Shown: positions 1 to 9,304 of the stretch, one piece after another
Layout of the letters: each line of letters starts with the position of its first letter
How positions within the stretch are numbered: position 1 is the stretch's first letter
Origin: a virus
Direction: 5' to 3' (one strand)
IMG/VR virus record: IMGVR_UViG_3300029286_003706
Location: 14,011-78,010 of that record
Length of the DNA: 64,000 bases
Program-made: the position numbers and the translations under genes
Notes under the pieces: generated by a model
Database searches by the model: none
Seen by the model: only the letters and a program-made list of their open reading frames with translations
What the model was told of the DNA's origin: nothing

Positions 1-1
1 A

Positions 2-79
2 AATAGATTTGATGATCAAGAAATACCGGAAGATGTTCTAAATGAAATTAGATATAGAAAATTGAAATCGATATTATGA
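2..79 (+). CDS. 3' end of a hypothetical protein (partial)
   Basis: Open frame NRFDDQEIPEDVLNEIRYRKLKSIL* running in from the window edge. Confidence 0.5.
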   Translation, partial: NRFDDQEIPEDVLNEIRYRKLKSIL

Positions 80-145
80 TTGTTTTATTTGGATGATTTA
101 TCCTTTTTTGAATTTTTAACCTATCTTTTTTGTGATGGAATATTC

Positions 146-433
146 TCAAATGTTCCAAAAATCTGAGCTGTATTTACCAATAAGTATATCGCAAGTATTC
201 ATTATAGATTTATAAACCTCCCATACTTCATAAGAATTAGGATCACCAAGATTATGTTCTTGAAAAAATTTCTCTATTCTATCTTTTAATTTTTTATCAC
301 TTATTTCAATAAATTTATAAACAAGTGGACTATTTATATAATATTCTAATTTATCACAGATATCCATTCCTTCTATCCATACTGGTCCGTGATAATTTCT
401 ATTAAATGCCTCAAAAGTTTTAATCTTTCTCAT
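146..433 (-). CDS. Hypothetical protein with capsid-targeting-like leader
   Basis: N-terminus MRKIKTFEAFN matches the leader shared by ~18 ORFs. Confidence 0.6.
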   Translation of the reverse strand: MRKIKTFEAFNRNYHGPVWIEGMDICDKLEYYINSPLVYKFIEISDKKLKDRIEKFFQEHNLGDPNSYEVWEVYKSIMNTCDILIGKYSSDFWNI

Positions 434-450
434 AATTTTAAATTATTTTT

Positions 451-1041
451 TTATTTATTTAACCCGGATTTTAATTTTTTTATTGTTTCTTTATTTCTTT
501 TAATATCAGCAAAAAATGTACTACCTTTCTTTTGTCCACCGTGTAATAATATACCAAATGGTTCTTTACTATCAGATGAAGCTAAAGTATCATCAATATC
601 AATTGGAAGTTCTCTTTCTATAGCTTCTTCAACATTTACAACAACATCACACCATCTTAAATTATATTTGTCAATTAAACTATCTAGTTTTCCACCTTTT
701 GACGCAGTTAATCTAAAATTATTTGGTATATCATTTAATCTATTAACCCAATAATCTAATGATGTAGTGAAACCATAAAATACAGTTTTTGGATTTTTTT
801 TAGCAACTTCTAACCAAGAATCAAAATATGTTTGATTAAAAAAATCACCAGATTCATGTATTCTAAAAAATCTAGGTGGATATGGAAAATAAAATTTAAA
901 AGATTTTTCTATAAGTTTAATTATGTTTTCTTTAGTTCCCATAGATCGTAATAATTTATAATTATTCCAATTTCTTCTTCTTAAATTGGGATATTTTACT
1001 TCATCAAATGCTGCATAACAACGGAATTGACCATAATCCAT
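451..1041 (-). CDS. Gp88-like phage protein, probably 5'-truncated
   Basis: CYA, FRIHESGDFF, FYGFT and NFRLTAS motifs; the N-terminal Cys-containing segment expected before CYA is absent. Confidence 0.65.
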   Translation of the reverse strand: MDYGQFRCYAAFDEVKYPNLRRRNWNNYKLLRSMGTKENIIKLIEKSFKFYFPYPPRFFRIHESGDFFNQTYFDSWLEVAKKNPKTVFYGFTTSLDYWVNRLNDIPNNFRLTASKGGKLDSLIDKYNLRWCDVVVNVEEAIERELPIDIDDTLASSDSKEPFGILLHGGQKKGSTFFADIKRNKETIKKLKSGLNK

Positions 1042-1060
1042 TTGTAAAAATCATAAATAT

Positions 1061-1380
1061 ATGAATTATAAATTAACATCGAAATATCAACACGCTAAAG
1101 TTTTACCGAACGGAAAACGAAGAAGTATTAGATTGTATTTTTTAAATGGTATTCAAATTTTTAAACAAAAGGTTCCATTTGATGAAACCAGTGAATATGG
1201 ATATGCTAAAATGAATATTTACTAAATGGATATATTTATCAGACAAGATGAGATGAAGGAAACTGGGATCAAAATGAAGGTGGTTTGGTTGGTGGTAGAT
1301 CTGGGGATGTTCATTTTCCGGTATCAAAAAGAATATTTGAACCTTTCAACATACCATGATATGAAAATTGATTTAATAGA
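1061..1380 (+). pseudogene. Disrupted hypothetical gene
   Basis: MNYKLTSKY...EYGYAK continues in another frame as NEYLLNGYIYQTR*DEGNW...VHFPVSKRIFEPFNIP; one frameshift plus an internal TGA. Confidence 0.45.
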
Positions 1381-1385
1381 AAAAA

Positions 1386-1883
1386 ATGAAAAAGAAATTA
1401 GATGAAGTTCCATTATCAGATGATTCTGATGTTCATTGGGATTATTTGTATGTAGCTGATGGAAATGTTGTACGTAGTGATATAAAGGGGACTGTTAGAG
1501 ATTTGAAAAAAGATTTAAAATCCAGAGGTATTAGTTGTAATGTTATTACCACCTGTGATATTTTTTCCAGAATAGAAGATATTAAAATCCCAATTGAAAA
1601 TATAATTATAGAAAAACCAAAATATAAACCAGTACCAAGAGATTCAGATTCTTATTTCTTTATAGGAAATAATAGAATAAAATTCAAAAAGATTGAATGG
1701 TATGAAGATACTTTTTGGAATAAAGTAGTGGGTGTTTGTGGAAATTTCTTCTTTGAAATTCAAGGAATGGATAAATTTTCACCAAAAAAATGGATTTCAG
1801 ATCAAAATTATGGAGATTATTTTACTATCAGGACAACAAAAAAAGTAGATTTATCAAAGTTGAATAAAATAAATTTGGATTAA
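1386..1883 (+). CDS. Hypothetical protein
   Basis: 165-aa ORF with an A-rich leader. Confidence 0.7.
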   Translation: MKKKLDEVPLSDDSDVHWDYLYVADGNVVRSDIKGTVRDLKKDLKSRGISCNVITTCDIFSRIEDIKIPIENIIIEKPKYKPVPRDSDSYFFIGNNRIKFKKIEWYEDTFWNKVVGVCGNFFFEIQGMDKFSPKKWISDQNYGDYFTIRTTKKVDLSKLNKINLD

Positions 1884-2191
1884 AGTTGGTGATTGGTAAT
1901 TAAATCTAAATTATTTTCTATTTTATTACAAACTTCTGGAAATTTAACAACATCATTCATACTCAATTTAAACCATTCATTTTTTATTCTAAGATGTGAA
2001 TAAAGATGGTGAAGAACCCCCTCAACAGCTAATTTATGATGGGTATGATGTTCATATACAATTTTTAAATTACCATCGTTTCCAGTTTGAAGTTGTTTAG
2101 ACCTCTTTTTAGACGATTTACGGGTATATCCAATTTTATACACCGTATCATAGTCTCTTACTGATTCGATTAAATAAACTATTCCCAGCAT
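1880..2191 (-). CDS. GIY-YIG superfamily nuclease (T5orf172/MUG113-like)
   Basis: VYLI...YKIGYT...R.KQLQTGN...E..LH...NEWF. Confidence 0.85.
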   Translation of the reverse strand: MLGIVYLIESVRDYDTVYKIGYTRKSSKKRSKQLQTGNDGNLKIVYEHHTHHKLAVEGVLHHLYSHLRIKNEWFKLSMNDVVKFPEVCNKIENNLDLITNHQL

Positions 2192-2323
2192 GATTTAAAG
2201 GTATTTTTCAGTATATATTTATATCTGGTGGTCAAAACGGAAAAACAAAACATAAAAAACGTTATATATAATAGTATGAAAAAATTTAACACATCATAAT
2301 TTTTCGATCTTAGATCGAAAAAT

Positions 2324-2554
2324 ATGAATACAAGTGATTCTATTCGACTTTGGAGAGTCGAACTGGTAAACCGTAATGGCTACCAAGCCCCATCACAATT
2401 GATCGAGGCTAAAAAGAGAGATGTTCACAGTGAGGTGAGAAAATTAAATCTAAGATTATTAGATTTTCCCAAAGTGTGGAGTTATCGTTTAATCGATTTA
2501 CATAAAGAATTTGATTCGAAACGTGGTAAATGGGTTGAATCGATTTGGATGTAA
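2324..2554 (+). CDS. Hypothetical protein
   Basis: 76-aa ORF followed by a terminator. Confidence 0.6.
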   Translation: MNTSDSIRLWRVELVNRNGYQAPSQLIEAKKRDVHSEVRKLNLRLLDFPKVWSYRLIDLHKEFDSKRGKWVESIWM

Positions 2555-2587
2555 AAAAGAAAGGTTGTCAATTGACAACCTTTTTTG
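2553..2587. terminator. Bidirectional intrinsic terminator
   Basis: Palindrome aaggttgtcaattgacaacctt flanked by A and T runs, between convergent genes. Confidence 0.75.
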
Positions 2588-2987
2588 TTTCGCTTTGGAC
2601 AATTAAATCAACATTATCTTCCGGTTTTGGTAATCTAGTTGTTAATTCGGATTTATTAACCAATGAAATTTCAGATAAAAGGGTTATATTTGGATCTTTA
2701 CCAAACATTTTTTCATATAAATATTCAGCACAAAATTGATACCTAAATTTACCATTGAATTCATCTGTTATTTGCAATAATTCTTGATTATTATCGAAAT
2801 ATTTTTCAATATAATCCCTTGTTTGATCCCATTGTTTGAAACTTTTTTCACTAATATGATTTATATCACATACAATTCCAACTAAATGATCAAAAACTTT
2901 ATCAACATATGTGTTATCTTCAAATAAATTATCGGTAGTAACAACAGTTTTATAATTTTCGTTTACAAAATCGTTAAATTTTTTCAT
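2568..2987 (-). CDS. Hypothetical protein with capsid-targeting-like leader
   Basis: Start re-assigned to MKKFNDFVNE at 2987, just downstream of an AATATATA motif. Confidence 0.65.
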   Translation of the reverse strand: MKKFNDFVNENYKTVVTTDNLFEDNTYVDKVFDHLVGIVCDINHISEKSFKQWDQTRDYIEKYFDNNQELLQITDEFNGKFRYQFCAEYLYEKMFGKDPNITLLSEISLVNKSELTTRLPKPEDNVDLIVQSETKKVVN

Positions 2988-3006
2988 ATTGATATATATT
3001 ATTTTT

Positions 3007-3035
3007 TTTATACCAAAAAATATTGTAATTTTGTA
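3007..3035 (+). promoter_or_regulatory. Bacteroidota-type host-sigma (early) promoter, copy 1 of a 29-bp exact repeat
   Basis: tttataccaaaaaatattgtaattttgta, containing TAATTTTG (TAnnTTTG). Confidence 0.7.
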
Positions 3036-3038
3036 TTT

Positions 3039-3272
3039 ATGACAAAAATAAAAATAGGAAAAGGATATTTTCAAAAAGGTTACGGTAAGGGGTTTAATAA
3101 AACAGCCACGATATATCTAATTGGTGACAAATTATATGCAAGAAATATAAAAGGTTGGCGTTGTGATTTTGAAAAACTTAATGGAGAATTAGAGGGGTAT
3201 GTAAGGGTAAACTTTTTATTAGATCATTTTTTTCAAGTTTCGTTACCAACTGAACACAAAATATACAATTAA
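3039..3272 (+). CDS. Hypothetical protein
   Basis: ORF directly after the TAnnTTTG promoter. Confidence 0.6.
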   Translation: MTKIKIGKGYFQKGYGKGFNKTATIYLIGDKLYARNIKGWRCDFEKLNGELEGYVRVNFLLDHFFQVSLPTEHKIYN

Positions 3273-3282
3273 AATTTAAATT

Positions 3283-3468
3283 ATGATAGTAGGTTTATAT
3301 AATAATGAAGATGATTATATATTCACAACTAATGGGTGTGGGTGTTGTTCAAACACATTGTTTCTTTCAAGTGATAAAGAGGAAATTATTAAAGAGTTAA
3401 AAGAAAATATTGAGATTGTTAGAATATCCTGTGATCAGATTGGAATTAATTTTGATGATTTATTATAA
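3283..3468 (+). CDS. Hypothetical protein with CGCC motif
   Basis: 61-aa ORF in an operon. Confidence 0.6.
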   Translation: MIVGLYNNEDDYIFTTNGCGCCSNTLFLSSDKEEIIKELKENIEIVRISCDQIGINFDDLL

Positions 3469-3487
3469 TTTTTAATACATGGAAAAC

Positions 3488-3516
3488 TTTATACCAAAAA
3501 ATATTGTAATTTTGTA
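3488..3516 (+). promoter_or_regulatory. Bacteroidota-type promoter, copy 2 of the 29-bp repeat
   Basis: Identical to 3007-3035. Confidence 0.7.
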
Positions 3517-3528
3517 GAAACACAAATC

Positions 3529-3798
3529 ATGAAAAGTGAAATGTTAATCAAATTAAAAAATCAATATTACTTAACAAGTGATGATAAAATAAATATTGGT
3601 GATTGGTTTTATTGTAGTGATAATACCAATTATGCACACATTTTCAAATGTATTGGATTAACTGACGACACACATCTACAAGTTTCGAGTAAAAATGGTT
3701 ATGGTGATTGGGATATTGATTACTCATTCAAAATAGTCGCATCAACCAAAAAATTAAACGGAGTAAAATTTTTAAAATTTAAAGAAATATGTCAATAA
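3529..3798 (+). CDS. Hypothetical protein; the frame stays open past the TAA to 4014
   Basis: 89-aa ORF plus 71 further in-frame sense codons. Confidence 0.6.
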   Translation: MKSEMLIKLKNQYYLTSDDKINIGDWFYCSDNTNYAHIFKCIGLTDDTHLQVSSKNGYGDWDIDYSFKIVASTKKLNGVKFLKFKEICQ

Positions 3799-4087
3799 CA
3801 CAAAGATCACTTCATTAATCCAGATTACGCTAACTTTGGTGATCCACCTGAAGATGATGAAAGAACAAAAAATCATAAAAAAATTCTTAAAAAAACGTAC
3901 CCCGGAAACCCCGATGATTTTTTATGTACTAAGAAACACCCTTTATATTTATGGTGGTTGGAATTCGGATATAATAGAATATTCCGGACATTGATAAACT
4001 ACAATTTCCGTTAAAATATTTCCGTTTATAAATTTTTTATTTCAATAATTTTATTGTATATTTGTAAATAACTAAATAACTACACAT

Positions 4088-4522
4088 ATGAAAAGAGAAC
4101 ATAAATGGGATAAGGATGATACTATCATCGCCCTATATTACACAAAATTTGGTATAAAACATCTTCCGGTTAAAGATGAAAAAGATTTAGCTGAAAATAT
4201 TATTGGGTCATCTTTGGATTCACTTAAAATGTTATCCACCACTTTGGGAAAAACACATGATGTGAGTTTTTCAAAAATTCAAAGGGAAGTTGTTGATGAA
4301 TTCAAAAAAATGCAAGAAACTGATTTTCGGGATGTTGTTCTTGAAATCTTTTCTGATACTGAACGAAAAGTTGTTGTTGAAGAAAGAATCAAGGATCGAA
4401 AAGAAAATGAAAAAGAAGAAAAAGCAAAGGAAGAAAAGAAAAAATTGGATTCCATTTTTCGGAAAATGGGGAAAGACCCATCAAAAATGAGGAGTGTTGG
4501 TGTAAGACCTAAAGAATTTTAA
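4088..4522 (+). CDS. Hypothetical early protein
   Basis: TATATTTG at 4057-4064 upstream. Confidence 0.7.
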   Translation: MKREHKWDKDDTIIALYYTKFGIKHLPVKDEKDLAENIIGSSLDSLKMLSTTLGKTHDVSFSKIQREVVDEFKKMQETDFRDVVLEIFSDTERKVVVEERIKDRKENEKEEKAKEEKKKLDSIFRKMGKDPSKMRSVGVRPKEF

Positions 4523-6184
4523 GCTTCCAGAATCATAAATACGATAAATTTTTCTTTCTAACATGATTTCATGTTCGGTTTTATTTGGATCAAAACCATC
4601 ACGAATTAATTTATCTTTTCTAAAATTAAATCTATGTTTTCTAACACCATTCACTACATAATAGTAGTCGGGTGGTGTTTTACTTAGAAATGTAAAACCT
4701 AATTTTTGATATAATTCACCCTGACTCCAAGAACGATCAGTACAACTAATCACTTCTTTTGGATTATAAGTTTTGATGAAATATTTAAATAATTTTTCGG
4801 CACTACCCACTACTGATGTGTTTAATTTACTACAAAATATCAACATTTCATAAACACCATCAGAATTACTTTGTTTCATAAATTTACGTTTCGATCCAAA
4901 AGTCATTAAAGACACCAATTCATCATTGTAAAATAATCCTAATTTAATAGGTGAACCAACAAAACCCTGTAAATGGTTTTTTTCTAGAAAACAACGAACT
5001 AATTTATTATCTATTATTTCTTTTATGATACATTTACGGGCATAAATTTTATTTGGTGTTTTTCCAAGTAAATTTAAGATTCTAGATTTAACAATTTCCT
5101 GTTTAAATACCCAATCATCTTGAAAAATATGTATTAATTTAATATTAATACTTTCTGATAGTTCTGTTTTAATTGAATGATAATTGTTTTCTTTTTCTTT
5201 TTCATTATGCCAATAAACACCATTAAACTCAAACGCCAATTTCAAATCTGGTAAATAAATATCTAATTCATATGGTGAAATTATATTTCTTTTATTTAAT
5301 TGAATTTCATTATTATAATTTTCTTTAATGAAATTTTGTAAATCTTTTTCTTGATTGGAAACTGAATCATTAAATGGATTACATATTATACAATATGGTA
5401 TTTTATATTTATATCTTTGAATTAAATTATTTATTTTTATATCGAAAATAGTTTTACATTTATCACACTTTATTGTATAAACACCTTTATTAAAAGAAAC
5501 TATTTCACAATTATATTTATCTATTGATTTTTTTAATTGTTTATCTTTATAAATATCAGATGTCATATAATTTTCAGAACCATATTTTTCAATATTAGTT
5601 TTTATCATTTTTTCTTTTATTGTGTCAGATTTAATGGGAAAATTTACACCGAATTTTTTAAAATTGGAATTTTTCATTTTTTCTTTAATTTCATTATTTA
5701 AAAAAAATGTATTATTTTTAATTTTCGTTTCTTTAATTTTATTTTTAACTTTATCAGATTTGGATGGATGACCACCATATATATATATACAAGTATCATT
5801 TCTTTTTTGATGATTTAAATAATTTTCATTACCATATTTTTTTAACTTTGTATGTTTAGATTTTTTTATGATATCTTTATTTTGAAAAACATTTTCAGTA
5901 CCATAAATTTCTATATTTGTTAATTTTCTTTTCTCACTTGAACATTTATTTGAACAAGAATAATAATTATATTTTTTAATATTTTTGTTATAATTATAAA
6001 ATGATATAATCTTTTCTTTATTACATACATCACATTTTGCTAAAATTTTAACACCAGATCCTTTAGATAAAATTTCTATGGGAATTTCTATAATATCATT
6101 AAAATTAAAATTATATCCTAATTCTTTATAATATTTATAATTATTTGGATTGATTGTTATTTTTACACTGGTTGTTATTAACAT
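4481..6184 (-). mobile_element. Putative free-standing homing endonuclease (Zn ribbon, KYG repeats, Vsr/PD-(D/E)xK-like domain, conserved C-terminal domain)
   Basis: KCDVC, KYG repeats, ELDIYLPDLKLAFEFNGVYWH; paralogous to 47535 and 49883; directly behind uvsW. Confidence 0.7.
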
Positions 6185-6186
6185 TT

Positions 6187-7764
6187 TTAAAGACTAAATT
6201 TTAATTCTTCAAACGGATATCCTTGTGGAATATAAATGTCCTTTTTTCTTGATAAGAAATGATTATACAAAATCCCCTTGAATTCGTGATGAAATTGATC
6301 AACCAAATCAAAGATAATTGCATTTTCTTTGGTGGAATGTAATCTTAGAGCCCTTCCAATGGCTTGCCTTATTATTTGATCAGATTTAAATGAATCCGCG
6401 AAAATAAGATTTACAACAGCTTTGATATTTATACCTGTTGCAGACGTTCCAAATGATGCCACAAGTATTTTTACATTACCAGATGTATCTTCCATTTGTT
6501 TTTTGATAAGTGCCCTTTTTTCTTTTGGTGTAGAACCATCTATGTAATAGATGTCTTTGTTTGGTACATTATCTCTCAAATAGTTATATAATTCTTTTCC
6601 ATATACGATATTTTGAAATAATATCATTGAATTATTTTTGAATTTATTGACTAATTTTCCAATGAATATTCTTCTGGGTTGGGAATTCTGTGCGAATTTT
6701 TTTTCCAATTCCCAAGCCTTCCTACCATTACCGTTTTTCTTAACTGAAAAAACATTTGACGCAAAATTATATTCACCGTGATTTAAAATAATACCTTTTA
6801 TTTTACATGGTGAAATAATACCCAAATCCATTAATTTTTTAGCCCTGATGTTAAATAATAATGGACCAGTTACACTTTCAATCATAAGTAATTCCGCACT
6901 TTCTTCACCCGGATATGTTCCACTCATTCCAAATCTTACTTTAGCATATCCAAATGTATTTCTTAAAATGGTTTTTAGAGAACTTCCTTTCGCTCGATGT
7001 GACTCATCACAACAAACAACATCAAATTGTTCGAAGAATTTAGTAGGCCATTTAACTAAACTTTGATAAGTTCCAATATAAATATTTGGTTCTTCACCAT
7101 GATATTTTCTTGGATGATCACTCATAATTTCATCCATTCTAATATTTGTTATTGGATTTTTATTTTCATTATGATAACCAAAATTATAATCATTGATTTC
7201 ATTATAAAATTGAGTAACCAAATCCATTGTTGGAACAATTAATAAAAATTTAGAATTTGGATTAATATGATTTAAATAATAAAAAATTAAACTTCCAAAA
7301 ATCAAAGATTTTCCACCAGCTGTCGCTACTTCAATTCTACCAAATTTGTGTTTTAATATTCTGAAAATTGATTCTTCCTGATGTTCATATGGAACAAAAG
7401 GTTTAGTTATATCATCCCTATCTTTATGATCTTTATAGAATTCTTTACAGAAATTTTCAATATCTTCAATTTTTATAGTTCTATCCAGTGGTAATTTATC
7501 TTTATTAATAACCTCAAATGGAAAACCATACTCTTTACAACATTTATAACATTCATGCCACAATCCGAAATCAATATATCCACCATGAAATTGTTCGGCC
7601 TTACCGTCCCAAGGATTGGAAGAAAATTTAGTCAATTTATATTTTGCCATAAAAACATAATTCTTCAAATGTCTATTTAAATATAATTTTAATTGATTAA
7701 ATTCTTCTTTGGTTGATTCCTTTAAAATAATTTTTGTAACATTTTCATCTATAATAAATTTCAT
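6187..7764 (-). CDS. uvsW: UvsW-like SF2 DNA helicase
   Basis: ATAGGKS (Walker A), IVPT, DESH, SGT, TGINI, QAIGRALR; size and layout match T4 UvsW. Confidence 0.9.
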   Translation of the reverse strand: MKFIIDENVTKIILKESTKEEFNQLKLYLNRHLKNYVFMAKYKLTKFSSNPWDGKAEQFHGGYIDFGLWHECYKCCKEYGFPFEVINKDKLPLDRTIKIEDIENFCKEFYKDHKDRDDITKPFVPYEHQEESIFRILKHKFGRIEVATAGGKSLIFGSLIFYYLNHINPNSKFLLIVPTMDLVTQFYNEINDYNFGYHNENKNPITNIRMDEIMSDHPRKYHGEEPNIYIGTYQSLVKWPTKFFEQFDVVCCDESHRAKGSSLKTILRNTFGYAKVRFGMSGTYPGEESAELLMIESVTGPLLFNIRAKKLMDLGIISPCKIKGIILNHGEYNFASNVFSVKKNGNGRKAWELEKKFAQNSQPRRIFIGKLVNKFKNNSMILFQNIVYGKELYNYLRDNVPNKDIYYIDGSTPKEKRALIKKQMEDTSGNVKILVASFGTSATGINIKAVVNLIFADSFKSDQIIRQAIGRALRLHSTKENAIIFDLVDQFHHEFKGILYNHFLSRKKDIYIPQGYPFEELKFSL

Positions 7765-8054
7765 GTTCTTATATATAAAACTAAAAGTGTTTTGTTTTTA
7801 TTTTTAAAGGACTCAAATATCGTTTATATCCAAATGATGAACAGAAAATTTTGTTGGGAAAACATTTTGGTTCGGTTCGTTTCGTATACAATTTAGCATT
7901 AGAAACAAAAATGAATGCATATAACGGAAATAAAATAAATTTATCAAGATTTGATTTACAAAAACAAGTGGTGGATTTGAAACAAGATTGTGAGTGGTTA
8001 AAAGAAATACACCAAACATATTAATATATAATAAAAACAAATATTTAAAAAAAA

Positions 8055-8783
8055 TTGAAAACAACAACAATAATTCAAGAATATATGAAAGAACCTGTTA
8101 TAGGAACAAAGACAGCAAAAGATGTTAAATCTTTTTTTGGAACCAATTTAATTGATATTGAAGATCAAATAACGATTAATGACATTTCTATTCAATATTC
8201 AGATACACCCACGACACATTATCAATATTATAATGGGGTATCATCTGTTAGTGAAGAAGAAAAAGAAGTTAGTATATTAAGAAATTTAGATAGTGTTAAA
8301 TTTGAAAATCATACAATTGATTTATATAAATTGTATTACACACAATATAATAATTTACAATGGAATTTTGTTTTGAAGGCTAGAAATATTCTGAAGGAAT
8401 ATTTATTTTTAAAATTGAAAGAGGCTAGAACATTCAAATCAATAAGAAAGGGAGAAACACAAAAAAATGACATTAATACTTTTATTTATGACTACATCGA
8501 ATTCAATTTATTGGATAGATATAATATTGAAAAAATAATATTTTATGTTCAATATATCGATGTGTTGAATATTGGAAATACAACCAATAATAATTATACT
8601 ATAAAATCCCCAACATTTAATAAAATAATTTTCAATCCTAACAATATAACCCGTGATATTAAAATTTTAACAACTGATTATTTGAATAATTTGGGTGATG
8701 TTAATATGACCTATAATCAAATAAAAAACTCAAATCAATATACATTTTATTATTATTTTGTTATCGACTATAAAAAAATATAA
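8055..8783 (+). CDS. Hypothetical protein, probably late/structural
   Basis: 242-aa ORF with TTG start; AATATATA at 8023-8030. Confidence 0.6.
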   Translation: MKTTTIIQEYMKEPVIGTKTAKDVKSFFGTNLIDIEDQITINDISIQYSDTPTTHYQYYNGVSSVSEEEKEVSILRNLDSVKFENHTIDLYKLYYTQYNNLQWNFVLKARNILKEYLFLKLKEARTFKSIRKGETQKNDINTFIYDYIEFNLLDRYNIEKIIFYVQYIDVLNIGNTTNNNYTIKSPTFNKIIFNPNNITRDIKILTTDYLNNLGDVNMTYNQIKNSNQYTFYYYFVIDYKKI

Positions 8784-8825
8784 AACATTAATAATAAAAT
8801 AAAATATAAAAATAAAAATTAGATT

Positions 8826-9302
8826 ATGGCAATATCAAAAGAAAATAAAGATATAAAAGAAACCATTGAAAATCAGAATGAAGAATTGAAAAAAGAATTG
8901 AATGAAAGAGAAAAATATTGGAATGAAACAATTGAAAATATATCAAAAAAATTAGTTAAACCGATTCAAGAAATGATACAGCTTCAAGCCGAAGTTATTA
9001 GTATTAGACAAATTTTAACAGAAGAAATAAAAAGTATATCTTATCAAATTTATAAGTTTAAACAAAAAATGAAAGTTTATGAAAAAGAAAGATTAGAATT
9101 TTATCTACTTGGTTATGTCGCTAAAACGAGTGGTGGTGAAAAGGCTAAATTGATAGAATCTGATTTATCTTTATATCAATATCGTTTAGATATTTTTGAT
9201 GTTCATGCTAATTTTTTAAGAGAAACACAAAAGGATGTTGATAATGTAAATTTTGCAATCAAAAATAAAATAACACTTTTTCAGCTGACTGAAATGGAAT
9301 AA
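8826..9302 (+). CDS. uvsY: UvsY-like recombination mediator
   Basis: Coiled-coil 158 aa with ERLEFYLLG, IESD and NFAIKNKI, near uvsW. Confidence 0.55.
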   Translation: MAISKENKDIKETIENQNEELKKELNEREKYWNETIENISKKLVKPIQEMIQLQAEVISIRQILTEEIKSISYQIYKFKQKMKVYEKERLEFYLLGYVAKTSGGEKAKLIESDLSLYQYRLDIFDVHANFLRETQKDVDNVNFAIKNKITLFQLTEME

Positions 9303-9304
9303 TT

